Both the position numbers and the translations under genes were made by a program. A DNA stretch of 64,000 nt from Mobula hypostoma (lineage: Eukaryota): assembly GCF_963921235.1 (NCBI RefSeq), contig NC_086097.1:176578001-176642000 (forward strand), written 5' to 3'. Under the pieces are notes generated by a model. It did not search any database, was not told the DNA's origin, and saw only the letters and a program-made list of their open reading frames with translations. The number at the start of each line of letters is the position of its first letter. Position 1 is the first letter of the stretch. Below are positions 24,590 to 37,614 of the stretch, in pieces.

Positions 24590-25209
24590 TGGTAAATTAG
24601 TTTATTGCTGTTACATGTACCAAGGTACGAGGCAAAACTACATATTGCATGCCATCCATAAAGATCATTTCATTATAACAGTGCATTGAGGTAGTATTAG
24701 GTAAAAGAATGGAACTGTTTCAGTTGTAGAGAAAGTGCAGTGCGAGAGTCATAGTGAGGTAGATTGTGAGGTCAAGAGTCTACATTATTGTACTTGGGTC
24801 TATTCAATAGTCTTATAATAACAGGACAGAGGCTGTCCTTGAGCGTGATGGTACGTGCTTGCAGGCTTTTGCATCTTCTGACCAATAGGAGGAGAAAGAT
24901 GAGAGAATGTTTAGGGTGGCTGGGGTCTTTTCTGTTAAACAATGTAAAATACAGCCTTTAGTAGTTTTAGTTCGCCATAGCAATATACTTTGTACTTTAT
25001 TGTCGCCAAACAATTGATGCTAGAGTGTACAATTATCACAGCAATATTTGATTCTGCGCTTCACGCTCCCTGGAGTACAAATCGATAGTAAATATTAAAA
25101 ATTTAAATTATAAATCATAAATAGAAAATAGAAAAGGAAAAGTAAGGTAGTGCAAAAAAAAACAGAGGCAGGTCCGGATATTTGGAGAGTACAGCCCAGA
25201 TCCGGGTAT
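24590..25209 (-). mobile_element. Two Rex1-type 3' end fragments (24590-24930 and a younger-looking one at 24988-25209)
   Basis: Rex1 3' UTR motifs. The second fragment is flanked by AATATA at 24982-24987 and 25210-25215. Confidence 0.55.
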
Positions 25210-25569
25210 AATATAAGCCCATAATTATTAAAGCACTTATGTTTTTGAAAATCCTGCTGGAAAGTAATTCTGTTATTGCAAGTCTGAAAATCTCTGGTCT
25301 CTAGCCTCCTTTCCCCCACTGAAGCAATTTTTTTACAGTGTTATTTTCTTAAACATGATGGACTATATTTACTCAAGTTATGCCATAACCAACCTTTTGC
25401 ATGCAATGAAATGTCCCAACTCCTCCTAAACCTGTGAAGACAAGTATGACACATACCTTCTTCACCACCTGATCTATTCTATCCACCTGCCTTTCTTTCT
25501 AATTTCTCTCATTGTCTTTTTTTCTTCATTTCAATCTTCCTTCACTCTCTTTATCTCTGTTTAATGCTT

Positions 25570-26848
25570 ATTTTTGCCTACTGGAGTAACAGGTCCACAG
25601 CAGGTGACAGATCATTAGCTCTTCACACAACCCTGGAACATCTGGACAGCAAAGCTGCATACATCAGGATGCTCTTTATCGATTACAGCTCAACATTTAA
25701 ACTCCAAGACCAGGGTCTCAGTACCCTCTTGTGCAATTGGATCCTGGATTTCCTCACATGCTGACCTCCCCCGCTCCCCCAGTCAGCTTGGACTGCCAAA
25801 AGCATCTCCTCCACAATCTCCATCAGCACAGGTGCACCAGAGGGCTGCGTGCTTATTCCCCTGCACTACTCCCTTTATCCTTATGACTGTGTGACTAAGT
25901 ACAGCTCCAACACCATATTCAAGTTAGCTGATGACACCTCTGTTGTGGGCCATATCAAAGGTGATGATGAATCAGCATACAGGAGGGAAATTGAAAATTT
26001 GGCTGAGTGGTGTCATTACAACAATCCCTCGCTCAATGTCGGCAAGACCAAGGAGCTAATTGTAGACTTTATGGGAGGTCAAAGTGCCGATCCTCATCAG
26101 AGGATCAGAGGTGGAGAGGGTCAGTAACTTTAAATTCCTGGGTACCATTATCTCAGAGGACCCATCATATAAATGTAATTGCATCGAAAGCATGACAGTG
26201 CCTCTACTTTCTTAGAAAGCTGTGGAGATTTGGCGTGACATCAAAAACCTTGACAAACTTCAATAGATGTGCAGTGGAAAGTGTATTGATTAGCTGCATT
26301 GCAGCTTGGTATGGGAGCACCAAAGCCTGTGAACGCAAAATCCTACAAAAAGTAATGGATTTGGCCTAGTACATCACAGGTAAAGCCCTCCCAACCATTG
26401 AGCACATCTACATGAAATGTAGGAAAATAGCATCTATCATTAAAGATCCTCACCACCTCAACCATACTCTGTTCTCGCTGCTGCCATCAAGCAGAAGGCA
26501 GAAGAGCCTCAGGACTCACACCATCAGGTGTAAGATCAGTTACTATCCCTCAACCATCAAGCTTTGAACAAAAGAGGATAATTACACTTATCTATTGATA
26601 TGTTCCTACAACAAATGATCTCACTTTAAGAACTCTTTATCTTGTTACTTCATACACTTGTTTTTTATTGTTATTTATTTATATTTGCATTTCAACAGTT
26701 TGTTGTCTTCTATGCTCTTGCTCTTTCACTGATCCTGTTTACAATTACAATTCTATCAATTTTTTGAGTATGCCTTCAGGAAATAGAATCTTAGGGTTGT
26801 ATGTGGTGACACATGTGTAATCCGATAATAAATTTTACTTTGACCTTC
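25570..26848 (+). mobile_element. Rex1/Babar LINE, RT region to 3' end
   Basis: Contains [45 protein letters not shown] and KLADDT...GDDESAYRREIENL. Confidence 0.9.
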
Positions 26849-27374
26849 GAACATTTCTTTCTGTTTTGTTCCACTACTTACTCCTCCGATGGTAAGAGTG
26901 CCCTCAATCATCTGGAGAGATTGGGTAAACTCAGATTGTTCTCCTTACAGGAGAGATGGTTAAGGGAAGCTTTATTCAAAGTGTTTAATATATTGAGATG
27001 TCCTGCATATAGTATATTTCCCTCCATTCTCTGGATACATGTGCCTATCTAAGAGCAATTATTGCAACTGCCTCACTACTGCCCCTGGCATTGCATTCCA
27101 AGCATACATCGTCTCCTTAGAACTTTTCCCCTCTCACCTTAAATGCATGAAGCGGTTTAGTCTGAGGAACACAGAGCAACACACACAAAATGCTGGAGGA
27201 ACTCACCACGTCAGGCAGCATCTATGGAAAGCAATGAGCCGTTGATGTATTTGGGCCAGGATTTTCAGCATCTGCAGAATCGCTTGTGTTTATGATTTGC
27301 CAACCCAACTATATTCATACACTTTTTCGATGTTTCAATGATATCGCCTCCTATTCTCCTAACTTTTAAAGGAT

Positions 27375-29835
27375 TCATAGAAACCATAGAAAAACTACAG
27401 CACAGAAACAGGCCTTTTGGCCCTTCTTGGTTGTGCCGAACCATTTTCTGCCTAGTCCCACTGACCTGCACACGGAACATATCCCTCCATACACCTCCCA
27501 TCCATATATCTGGCCAATTTATTCTTAAATTTTAAAAAAGAACCCGCATTTACCACCTCGTCTGGCAGCTCGTTCCACACTCCCACCACTCTCTGTGTGA
27601 AGAAGCCCCCCCTATTTTTCCCTTTAAACTTTTCCCCCCTCACCCTTAACCCACGTCCTCTGGTTTTTTTCTCCCCTTGCCTCAGTGGAAAAAGCCTGCT
27701 TGCATTCACTCTATCTATACCCATTATAATTTTATATACCTCCATCAAATCTCCCCTCATTCTTCTACACTCCAGGGAATAAAGTCCTAACCTATTCAAC
27801 CTTTCTCTGTAACTGAGTTTCTCAAGTCCCGGCAACATCCTTGTAAACCTTCTCTGCACTCTTTCAACCTTATTAATGTCCTTCCTGTAATTTGGTGACC
27901 AAAACTGAACACAATACTCCAGACAACAGGAATTCTGCAGATGCTGGAAATTCAAGCAACACACATCAAAGTTGCTGGTGAACGCAGCAGGCCAGGCAGC
28001 ATCTGTAGGAAGAGGTGCAGTCGACGTTTCAGGCCGAGACCAGACGAGGTCCTGACGACTGCACCTCTTCCTACAGATGCTGCCTGGCCCACAATACTCC
28101 AGATTCGGCCTCACCAATGCCTTATACAACCTCATCATAACATTCCAGCTCTTATACTCAATACTTTGACTATAAAGGCCAATGTACCAAAAGCTCTCTT
28201 TACGACCCTGCGACGCCACTTTTAGGGAATTTTGTATTGCATTCCCAGATCCCTCTGTTCTACTGCACTCCTCAGTGCCTTACCATTTACCCAGTATGTT
28301 CTACCTTGGTTTGTCCTTCCAAAGTGCAATACCTCACACTTGTCTGCAATACCTCACACTCCATCTGCCATTTTTCAGCCCATTTTTCCAGCTGGTCCAA
28401 GTCCCTCTGCAAGCTTTGAAAACCTTCCTCACTGTCCACTACACCTCCAATCTTTGTATCATTAGCAAATTTGCTGATCCAATTTACCACATTATCATCC
28501 AGATCATTGATATAGATGACAAATAACAATGGACCCAGCAATGATCCCTGTGGCACACCACTAGTCACAGGCCTCCACTCTTAGAAGCAATTCTCTACTA
28601 CCACTCTTTGGCTTCTTCCATTGAGCCAATGTCTAATCCATTTTACCACCTCTCCATGTATACCTAGCGACTGAATTTTCCTAACTAACCTCCCATGCGG
28701 GACCTTGTCAAAGGCCTTACTGAAGTCCATGTAGACAACATCCACTGCCTTCCCTTCATCCACTTTCCTAGTAACCTCCTCGAAAAACTCCAATAGATTG
28801 GTCAAACCTGACCTACCATGCACAAAGCCATGTTGACTCTCCCAAATAAGTCCCCTGTCTATCCAAATGCTTGTAGATTCTGTCTCTTAGTATTCCCTCC
28901 AATAATTTACCCTCTACCGACTTCAAACTTACCGGCCTATAATTTCCCGGATTACTTTACCATCCTTTTTTAAACAATGGAACAACATGAGCTATTCTCC
29001 AATCCTCTGGCACTTCACCCGTAGACACCGACATTTTAAATATATCTGCGAGGGCCCCTGCAATTTCAACACTAGTCTCCTTCAAGGTCTGAGGGAATAC
29101 CCTGTCAGGTCCTGGGGATTTATCCATTTTAATTTGCCTCAAGGTAGCAAGCACCTCCTCCTTTTCAATCTGTAAAGTTTCCATGATCTCACTACTTGTT
29201 TCCCTTAATTCCATAGACTTCATGCCAGTTTCCTTAGTAAATACAGACACAAAAAAACCATTTAAGATCTCCCTCATTTCTTTTGGTTCCGCACATAGCC
29301 ACCACTCTGATCTTCAAGAGGACAAATTTTATCCCTTACAATCTATTTACTCTTAATATACCTGTAAAAACTCTTTGGATTATCCTTCATTTTGACTGCC
29401 AAGGCAACCTCATGTCTTCTGTTAGCCCTCCTGATTTCCTTCTTAAGTATTTTCTTGCACTTTTTATATTCCTCAAGCACCTTATTTATTCCCTGTTTCC
29501 TATACATGTCATACAACTCTCTCTTCTTCTTTATCAGAGTTCCAATATCCCTTGAGAACCAAGATTCCTTATTCCTATTCACTTTACCTTTAATCCTGAC
29601 AGGAACGTACAAGCTCTGCACTCTCAAAATTTCTCCTTTGAAGGCTTCCCGTTTACCAATCACATCCTTGCCAGAGAACAACCTGTCCCAATCCACGCTT
29701 TTTAGATCCTTTCTCATTTCTTGAAATTTGGCCTTCTTCCATTTCAGAACCTCAACCTATGGACCAGATCTATCCTTGTCCATGATCAAGTTGAAACTAA
29801 TGGTGTTCTGATCACTGGAACCAAAGTGCTTTCCT
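27375..29835 (-). mobile_element. CR1 LINE, about 2.4 kb, relatively young (APE end, RT, 3' UTR)
   Basis: Consecutive ORFs read NPKSFYRYIKSK, KSPGPD, LTNLLEFFEEVT...[37 protein letters not shown]...KFAND and RPNLEYC...FFTQRVV..WN.LP. Confidence 0.95.
27924..28089 (-). mobile_element. 166-bp fold-back Penelope mini-insertion with 14-bp TSD
   Basis: TSD CACAATACTCCAGA at 27910-27923 and 28090-28103. Perfect 34-bp inverted repeat at 27990-28023 and 28056-28089. Sequence matches the 3' repeat at 5815-5903. Confidence 0.9.
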
Positions 29836-30469
29836 GCAGAAAGTATTTACTCTTTCAAATTTCCGATGTCTTCTGGTCCAAGAATGATCCCAAATTCTTC
29901 AGTCTTAAGTCCCCTCAACCGTGGGATTACTGTAGCCAATCTATTGGGCTTCCGCTTCCAGATCTTTCATCAGTTGTAAAATATGGCACCCAAAAAATAA
30001 TCAGTAATTCAAGGAAGATATGGCCAAATGCAGGAACTGGCACCTGGTCAGCATGGTTCCCAGACCCAAAAAAACCTACCAAATAACACATAAAACCTAA
30101 AATAACACTAACATATAGTAAAAGCAGGAATGATATGATAAATACACAGCCTACATAAAGTAGAAATTATGAAGATTAAGCCAAAACTGATTCGTGGGGT
30201 AAAAAAAAATCTGCACATCACGCATGCGCACACAGGTGCCCGCGCAAGGCTTTATGGTCATGGTAGTCTTTCTCGGGGTAAACACAAATGTCCCGTGATT
30301 TGACTGCTACTTTTGTCCCTTATTTGGGAGTAAGAAAGTTGGCAACCCTGGTGAGGTGTCCGTCAGTAAGTTAGCTCCTGTTCTTAGATTTAATAATTTT
30401 CATCTGTGAAAATGCAATTTCACATAGATAAGTTGACCCGAAGTAGGCACTGACTTTTAGTGCTATAAA

Positions 30470-31210
30470 ACTAAGGCACACACTGTGCATTGCTCGGCCC
30501 AATCAGTAGTATTTGCCACCAGTTTATGAATGGGGATGTCATTTTCACGGACATATTTTTTTAAACTCATTGTAAATATCCTTACCTCTCGTTCTTTCCT
30601 TTAATTGCAAAAGAGTGAGGAAGTCCTCCTTTGTCGTAAAATTCTGGAAGGCCATTCTGACAAATACAGCAAGCTGAGCTGTTTGCATTACATCCAGGGA
30701 TTCATCGAACTGTAGTGAAAAATATTCACGTCCTCTGACAGTGACTCTACCCTCCTTGTCACTGTTGCAGGGCCAAGCAGTATATTATGTATTGCGGTTG
30801 TGATGCTGTTTTTGTTTTTAAAGTCATTAAAAACAGTCTCTGCAGTAATGACCATTGCTTCCTTGAATAAATCGCCATCTGTAAAAGGCTTCTTGTGTTT
30901 AGCCAAAAGATGACTTACACGAAATGATGCTTCAACAGCAGCCTTATTTTGAGCAGCACGTTTTGTGGAAAACCATTGCTGGGCCTTCAACTCCGATTTC
31001 AGCTCAACTTTCCAGGCACGAATTGTGCTCTTTGGGGAATAGATGTCTTTAAATTCCTGGTGGTTGGTGTTGCGGTGCTGCTCCAGATTCCCTCTTTTAA
31101 CCAGTGCTTGTGTTTGATGGCACAACATACATACACACTTGTCTTTCACCAAGGTAAATCGAAATTCCTCTTCCCATTCTGGATGGAATTTGTATGTTTT
31201 CGCCTTCTTT
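30470..31210 (-). pseudogene. hAT transposase N-terminal remnant (GTF2IRD2/EPM2AIP1/SPIN-like)
   Basis: KAKTYKFHPEWEEEF.FTLVKDKCVCMLC...NL.QH..TNH (BED-like finger) and ASFRVSHLLAKHKKPFTDG. After a frameshift, FSLQFDESLD...AQL.VFVR contains the first catalytic Asp. Confidence 0.88.
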
Positions 31211-31640
31211 CGTGGAGCCTTCGCTATGCTATCAGGATATCACGAGCGATTGCCAATTGCGTCGCCTCTGATCTGGGCCGACATTTACGTGCTGGGCAGC
31301 ACCTAATTAATTAGCTTGTTTATTTCAGCTTTTCTTCTTAAAGATTTGCTGGTGCGTCCCGACTACCGCTGTACCCCTGCATGCTTCGTGGCCCAGAGGT
31401 TGGGGACACTGCCGTATATCGATGTTTGCGACAGGCTGTACTCTTATCTAATTGGTCACTTTGATGCAGCACAGGCTACGCTGAAAACGCGGTGCATGGC
31501 GGGGGAGCTACACACACGCGCACTGGGCAGAAAGAACGGAACTAAGCCCCCGCAACCCAGAAACAATCTCTCTTTATAAACAGCTTTTTAGTGAAAATAT
31601 TGCTATATTACCGTTATCATAATTAATATTACTTACTTTT

Positions 31641-33572
31641 TAAAATTAAAAATATTGCGGAACTGGAGCCAAATTTGTAAAGAATACTTAATCACAGGAT
31701 ATAAGTTTAAATTAACAACTTTACCTAATTGCGTAGGTAAAGGAGCCCCCAATAACGAAGTTAAATAATACTGTTTTACAACTTTTAGTTCCAGGTCTAC
31801 CCAAATTGGCCGATCACTCTTATCAACCCAGTATAACCAAAAGGACATGTATCGTGGATTAACAGCCCAGTAATACATTCTAAAATTAGGCAAAGCAAGA
31901 CCTCCATCCTTTTTCAATTTTTGTAGATGACATTTACTAATTCTTGGTCTTTTATTATTCCAAATAAAACATAAAATAATAGAATCAATCCGATCAAAAA
32001 ACTTCCTAGTCAAAAAAACAGGAATATTCTGAAATAAATACAAAAATTTCGGTAGAATCATCATTTTAACTATATGAATACGACCAACAAGTGAAAATGT
32101 AAGTGGACTCCATCTACTAAATAAATACTTCATAGAGTCTACCAAGGGAACAAAATTAGCTTTATAAAGATCCTTATAGATTTTAGTAATTACAATACCT
32201 AAATATCTAAAAGAGTCTGAAACTTTAAAAGGAGTATTATCATATATAGAAACAGAATCATTTAAAGGGAACAATTCACTTTTACTAAAATTAATTTTAT
32301 ATCCTGAAAAACCTCTGAATTCATTAAATAATTTTAACAGGACAGGAATGGATTTGTAGTTTAATTTACCGAAATTACTTTTTTAAGCCTTCTTTGAGTG
32401 ATCCAATGTTTTTACTTTGGAAAAATGAAGGTATTAATTCTTTTTTGGATTTATTTAAAGAAGATAGATTGATGTCCTTTGAACAATTAATTGATAAATA
32501 TTCTCTTTCATACTCACACTTTCTGCAATACCTTCAAGTTAGATATTTTTTACAGAAATATTTAAGTAATTTCCCTTACATATTGGAGGCTGACCTGTTA
32601 GATACTATTATGAGTATGAATCCTTTAATTAAGGGTTCTATTGGAAGAATTTATAATTTACTATTACAATGGGATAAGCGTCCTTTGTCTAAGATTAAAC
32701 AGGATTGGGAAAAGGAACTTAATTTGACTTTTATGGCGGAGGATTGGATGTGGATATTGAAGTTGGTTAACTCTTCTTCAATTTGTGCTAGCCATTCATT
32801 GATTCAATTTAAAATTGTACATCGTTATCATTTGACAAAGGAGAGACTTTCTAAAATCTTTCCTAATGTTGATAGTTGATAGATGTAAAACTGAGATAGC
32901 TACACTGACACATATGTTTTGGTCTTGTTCTATATTGGAACAGTTCTGGAAGTCGGTTTTCTCAACAATTTCTAAAGCACTTAAAATTAATTTACAACCT
33001 AATAAATTAACTGTGCTTTTTGGAATAGTTCCTCAAAATATTTATGATATTTCTGTGTTTGACCAACATGTTATTGCATTTGTTACATTGGTTGCTAGGA
33101 GGACCATTTTGTTGAAGTGGAAGGATACATCAGCTCCCACTTTGTCACAATGGTTCTCTCAAGTGATGCTATGTCTTAGTTTGGAGAAAATTAGAAGTCG
33201 AACCTTTGAACCTTTATTTGATTTTGAGAAAAGATGGGGCTCATTTGCTCGCTATTATCATTTGAGTTAATTGATATAATTTTTCCATGATCTAATTGTA
33301 AATTCTTTTAGTATATTTTCTTTTCTTGCTGGCGGTTTAAAGTTTATTTTTAGAAGCTTTTTGTATGACGCGTGGCTCCGGGGTTGTACACCTAATGAGT
33401 TCTCTTTTTTTTCTCACTTTTCTGCTCAGTAGGTTTTTTTTTTGTTATCACAAAATTTTGTTTTCAGTCTTTAAGATGATGGTTTTTTTTGAGGCATTGT
33501 AAGTGTTGTTACTTCGATGTACTCATGTTATTTTTCCTATATATACAATAAAAAGATTTGAAAAGAAAGAAG
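31641..33572 (+). mobile_element. L1-clade LINE, 5'-truncated, with twin-priming inversion (31641-32351 inverted) and 14-bp TSD
   Basis: Minus part: FSGYKINFSKS...FRYLGI...GRIHIVKMMILPKFLYLFQ...GGLALPNF..YYWA. Plus part: IQFKIVHR...RC......LTHMFWSC. AATAAA at 33547-33552 and an A-rich tail. TSD TATTACTTACTTTT at 31627-31640 and 33573-33586. Confidence 0.93.
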
Positions 33573-33784
33573 TATTACTTACTTTTATAATGCTCACATT
33601 ACAACAGTATTTGTGTATTTATTTTTGATTTTTCTTCGGGATCTACTGGGAACGTCTCAAAGATCGACCGGTCGATCACGATCAACGGGTTGGCGACCCC
33701 TACACTAGATTGTAGAAGATAAAACAATAATGCAGACTAAAGTGTTCTAATTACAGAGAATGTTCAGAGCAAGTAGACAATAAA

Positions 33785-34885
33785 ATGGATCCTGGCTTTC
33801 CATACTTGCAGACCCCAGTCACTTTGGATTGTCAACAACATCTCCTCTACAATCTCCATCAGCAAAAGGCTGTGTGCTCAGGCCCCTGCTCTACTCGCTT
33901 TACACTTATGACTGAGTGGTGAAGCACAGCTCCAATGCCATATTCGTCTACTGACGACACCACTGTCACAGGTCGAATCAAAGGTGGTGAGCAATCAGCA
34001 TATAGGAGAAAGAATGAAAATCTGACTGAGTGCTGCCATAACAATAACCTCTTACTCGATGTCAGCAAGACCATTGGGCTGATTACAGACTTCAGGAGAA
34101 AGAAACCGGAGGTCCATGAGCCAGACCTCATTGGAGGATCAGAGGTGGGAACGGTCAGCAAATTTAAATTCCTGGGAGTTATTATTTCGGAAGACCTGTC
34201 CTGTGCTCAGCATGTACATGTAATTATGGAGAAACCACGACAATGCCTCTACTTCCTTAGGTGTTCGCGGAGATTTGTCACGACATCTGAAACTTTGACA
34301 AGCTTCTATAGATTGGTTGTGGATGGTATATTGACTGGCTGCATCACAGCCTGGTATGGAAGCACCAATGCCACTTAATGGAAAATACTCAAAACTTAGT
34401 GGATACAATTTAGTTCATCATGGGTAAAGCCCTCCTAACCATTGAGCATGTCCGCGTGAAACACTGTCACAGGAAAGGAACATCTATCATCAGAGACCCC
34501 CACCACCCAGGACCTGCTTCCTTCTTACTGTTGCCAGCAGGAAGAAGATACTGGAGCCTCAGTACTCACACCACCAGGTTCAGGAACATTTACTACCCCT
34601 CAACCATCAGGCTCTTGAATCAAAGGGATGACTTCACTTGACTTCACTCGCCAAAACATTGAAATGTTCTTACCACCAATGGACTCACATTCAAGAACTC
34701 TGCATCACATGTTCTCAATATTTATTGCTTATTTATTTATTATTATTATTTCTTCATTTGTATTTGCACAGTTTCTTGTCTTCTGCAGTCTGATTGAACA
34801 CCCTAGTTGGACAATCTTTGATTGATACTGTTATGGTTATAATTCTATAGATTTATTATGCCCACAAGAAAATTTATCTCATGGT
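33785..34885 (+). mobile_element. Rex1/Babar LINE fragment
   Basis: TDDTTVTGRIKGG..SAYRR...FKFLGVIISEDLS...CITAWYGST (ORF 33935-34378). Confidence 0.88.
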
Positions 34886-34899
34886 TGAATATAGTGGCA

Positions 34900-35425
34900 T
34901 AGTCCTGATGTTCCTGTACCTCTTTCCTGATGGTAGTGAGTCAAAGAGATTGTGGTAGGGATACTCAACCATGCTTCGGCTTCTTCACATACAATGCTCC
35001 CAGTAAATATCATAAATAGTGGAGGAGGGAGACCCCAGTGATCCTTTCGGCAGCTTTTACTATCCTCTGTAGTACCACACAAGAATGCCCTCATGGTGCT
35101 CTTGTAGGAAGTTGGTAGAATGGGGTTGGAGAGCCTTGCACACTGCCATTTCCTCAAAGTGTAAATGCTGCTGTGCCTTCTTAACTAATGAGGAGGTATT
35201 GAGGAGGTTAGATCATCTGTTATGTGCACGCTTAGTGCTCTTCACTCTCTCCACCACAAAGCCATTGATGTGCAATGGAGAGTGATTTAACTGTGCCTTC
35301 CTGAAGTCCACAATCATCTGTTTTGCCTTGTTCATGTTGAGACTCAGATTGTTATTCTCACAGCATTTGACCAGCCTCTCTACCTCCTTTTTGTATGCTG
35401 ATTCATCATTGTTGTTAATGAGGTA
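34900..35425 (-). mobile_element. Rex1-type LINE fragment
   Basis: Antisense of the DESAY..EVERLV.C.ENNLSLN..K..QMIVDFR region. Confidence 0.7.
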
Positions 35426-36159
35426 GATTCATCAGCCTCTTTAGCATCTAGAGCAAATTAGCGTGCTTGCCATCTTTCTCGGCCATGGCATTAGCAGTAT
35501 GGCCATAGAGTGGATTTGATACCAAGCTAAGATCAGCTATGATCTCATCCAATGGTGGGATCACCTCCATTCATTCTTCTAATATCAATTTGTTCTTTTG
35601 ATGGCATCCATGGAGATTTCCATCTCTTTTGTATAATTTTAGGAGTATATAGAACTTATGACCTGGACTGTGCAACTGTCGACGTCTTTGGCTTCTAATG
35701 AGAGGATTTGTTATAGATTTAGCCATGGATTAGAGCGAGATCTCTCGGGAAGAAACCAGCTCCTGAGTGAAGTTGTGCTGCTGGAGAAACATCGATTTCT
35801 GTGACAGGAATCTTTGGTCTAATCAAGTTAGAACAATATTCCAAGACCTTTGGTTCTATTCATGAATTCAGACTTTGTTCAATCCCCTGTTTCCTCGTCT
35901 GTTGCAAAATGCGCTGTTTAAAGCATAATTACCTTAAATCTCTGAATATTCATTGCGCATTGTCAAGTTTAGGCTTAGTTTCATCAACTACCAGTACAAG
36001 CTATGAAGTAACAGTGGATGAGGCAAGGAAAATAAGACCGAAGCAAAGCAGTTTGGACTACGCTGTCATTGATCAAAAGTTAAACTTCCACTTTCACACT
36101 TTGCTCTGCCATGAACAATATAAAACAAAATCAATGCTGTTTTTGAGCAATCTGTTTAT

Positions 36160-36935
36160 TAGATTTACAAAGTTGTATGGTACAAAAACGGGACTTTGGC
36201 CAAACTTTTCCATGCCAACCCATGTTCCCACCTAAACTAGTCCCATTTGCCACTGTTTGGACTCCATACCGCTTTCTTATCTGTGTACCTATCCAAGTGT
36301 CTTTTTAATGTTGTTATTCAGCTAGGTTCTCTAACAACTTGTTGAACATACTCACTGCCTTCTGAATGAACATACTCACTGTCTTCTGTCTTCAGGTTCC
36401 TTTTAGATCTTTCCCTTCTCACTCTAAACATCTCTCCCCTAGATTTAGTCTCAACTACGCTGGTAAAAAAAACTGTGTGTGTTCATCTTATCTATGCCCC
36501 TCATGATTTTATTTCCCTCTATAAGGTAATGGATAGGAGTAAGAGGGGTTCAGGGGGATATAGGCCAAACACAAGCAACTGGGACAAGCGTGGTAGGTGC
36601 TGTGGTCAGCTTGGATGAGTTGGGCAGACGGACCTGCTTCCATGTTGATTCCTCAATGATTCCATGTCCTACTGTCCCAGGGGAGTGTACAAAGTCTTCT
36701 ACCAGCAGAATGGAAGTTGTCTTTGAGTCTGGTGGCACATGTTCTCAAGTTTTAGTATCTTCTGCCTAACAGGAGAAGGGAAAAGAGAAAATGAGCAGAA
36801 TTCAAGGGGGGAGGGGTCTTTGATTATGTTGGTTGCTTTCTCAAGGCCGCAGGAATTATAGGTGGAGTCAGTTGAAGGACGGCTGATTTTCATGATAGAA
36901 TGAGCTGCGTTCACAACACTCAACAATTTCTTGTG
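36160..36935. mobile_element. Cluster of CR1 3' fragments (both strands) and a minus-strand Rex1 fragment
   Basis: CR1 UTR motifs at 36160-36660; KATNIIKDPS in ORF 36699-36926. Confidence 0.6.
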
Positions 36936-37614
36936 TTAACATTCTCAGGTTCCATCCCTCTTTCAGTTACACCCCTTATCAGAATTACATTGGTGTTGCC
37001 ATTGATGGGGTTAGTAATTGACTGGAACAACACGGTGGGATGACTGAATCTAATTGGCTTGTGAGTTACAGCAGAAAAATTGGTGATGAAGAGGACATTA
37101 AAAGTAACAATAAAACAATCCTTCTGTTAGTTAAGAGCAAATTTCTCAAGCTTGATCAAATATTTCAAGTGTCAGATTAAATGGCCAAAGGAGTTTAAGA
37201 ATGAAGTCTTGGTCATAAGAGGACACATCATACATACAAGACCGAACCAATTAGTTGATATTAATCCTTTAAAGATTTGCTTGAAGTAGAGAACAAAACA
37301 CTGCCATTTACAAGGAGATAATCCCAGCAGGTCATACCTTTCCACTTGAATCAAGCTTTTAATAATAAGAGGCTAACTGAGCAAGAATCGTCAAGGAAAC
37401 TGCATTCTAATTATACATCCAAGTGGAGTGAATTAGTTGGGAGCAGGTTTTCAGGTAATGAGTTTGCATAGTTCCCAATTAATTTGTTTCGTTATGTCTT
37501 CGTTATGCTTTGTTAATGTGATATCACAGTAAAGAGATGAAAAAGAACATTCTTGTTAAAGAGTTCAATATCTTATTAAATCCAAATGACCAAATCAATG
37601 TAAGTGTTGCTGCA

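Larger units (their letters stand above)
30050..33702 (-). mobile_element. hAT-superfamily (SPIN/Charlie/Buster-like) non-autonomous DNA transposon; left boundary uncertain; contains an L1 insertion
   Basis: TIR GGTTGGCGACCCCTA at 33688-33702, followed by CACTAGAT (Charlie-like target). Subterminal GATCGA motifs and a transposase remnant are present. Confidence 0.75.

Noticed and set aside
27452..28219. Novel 255-aa chimeric protein
   Set aside because: CR1 C-terminus with a chance in-frame 180-bp insertion; the upstream CR1 frame is broken.
29840..29990. L1 ORF1 fragment
   Set aside because: Better explained as an old minus-strand CR1 remnant (KDLEA...IPRLRGL...LKNLG).
30688..31152. Domesticated host gene (GTF2IRD2/EPM2AIP1/ZBED-like)
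   Set aside because: Frameshifted and truncated before the rest of the catalytic core, and associated with TIR sequence.
35801..36235. 144-aa ORF in unique sequence; likewise ORFs 48456-48776, 7436-7861 and 55332-55655
   Set aside because: No recognisable domain, several have non-ATG starts or run into repeats, and there is no supporting splice pattern.
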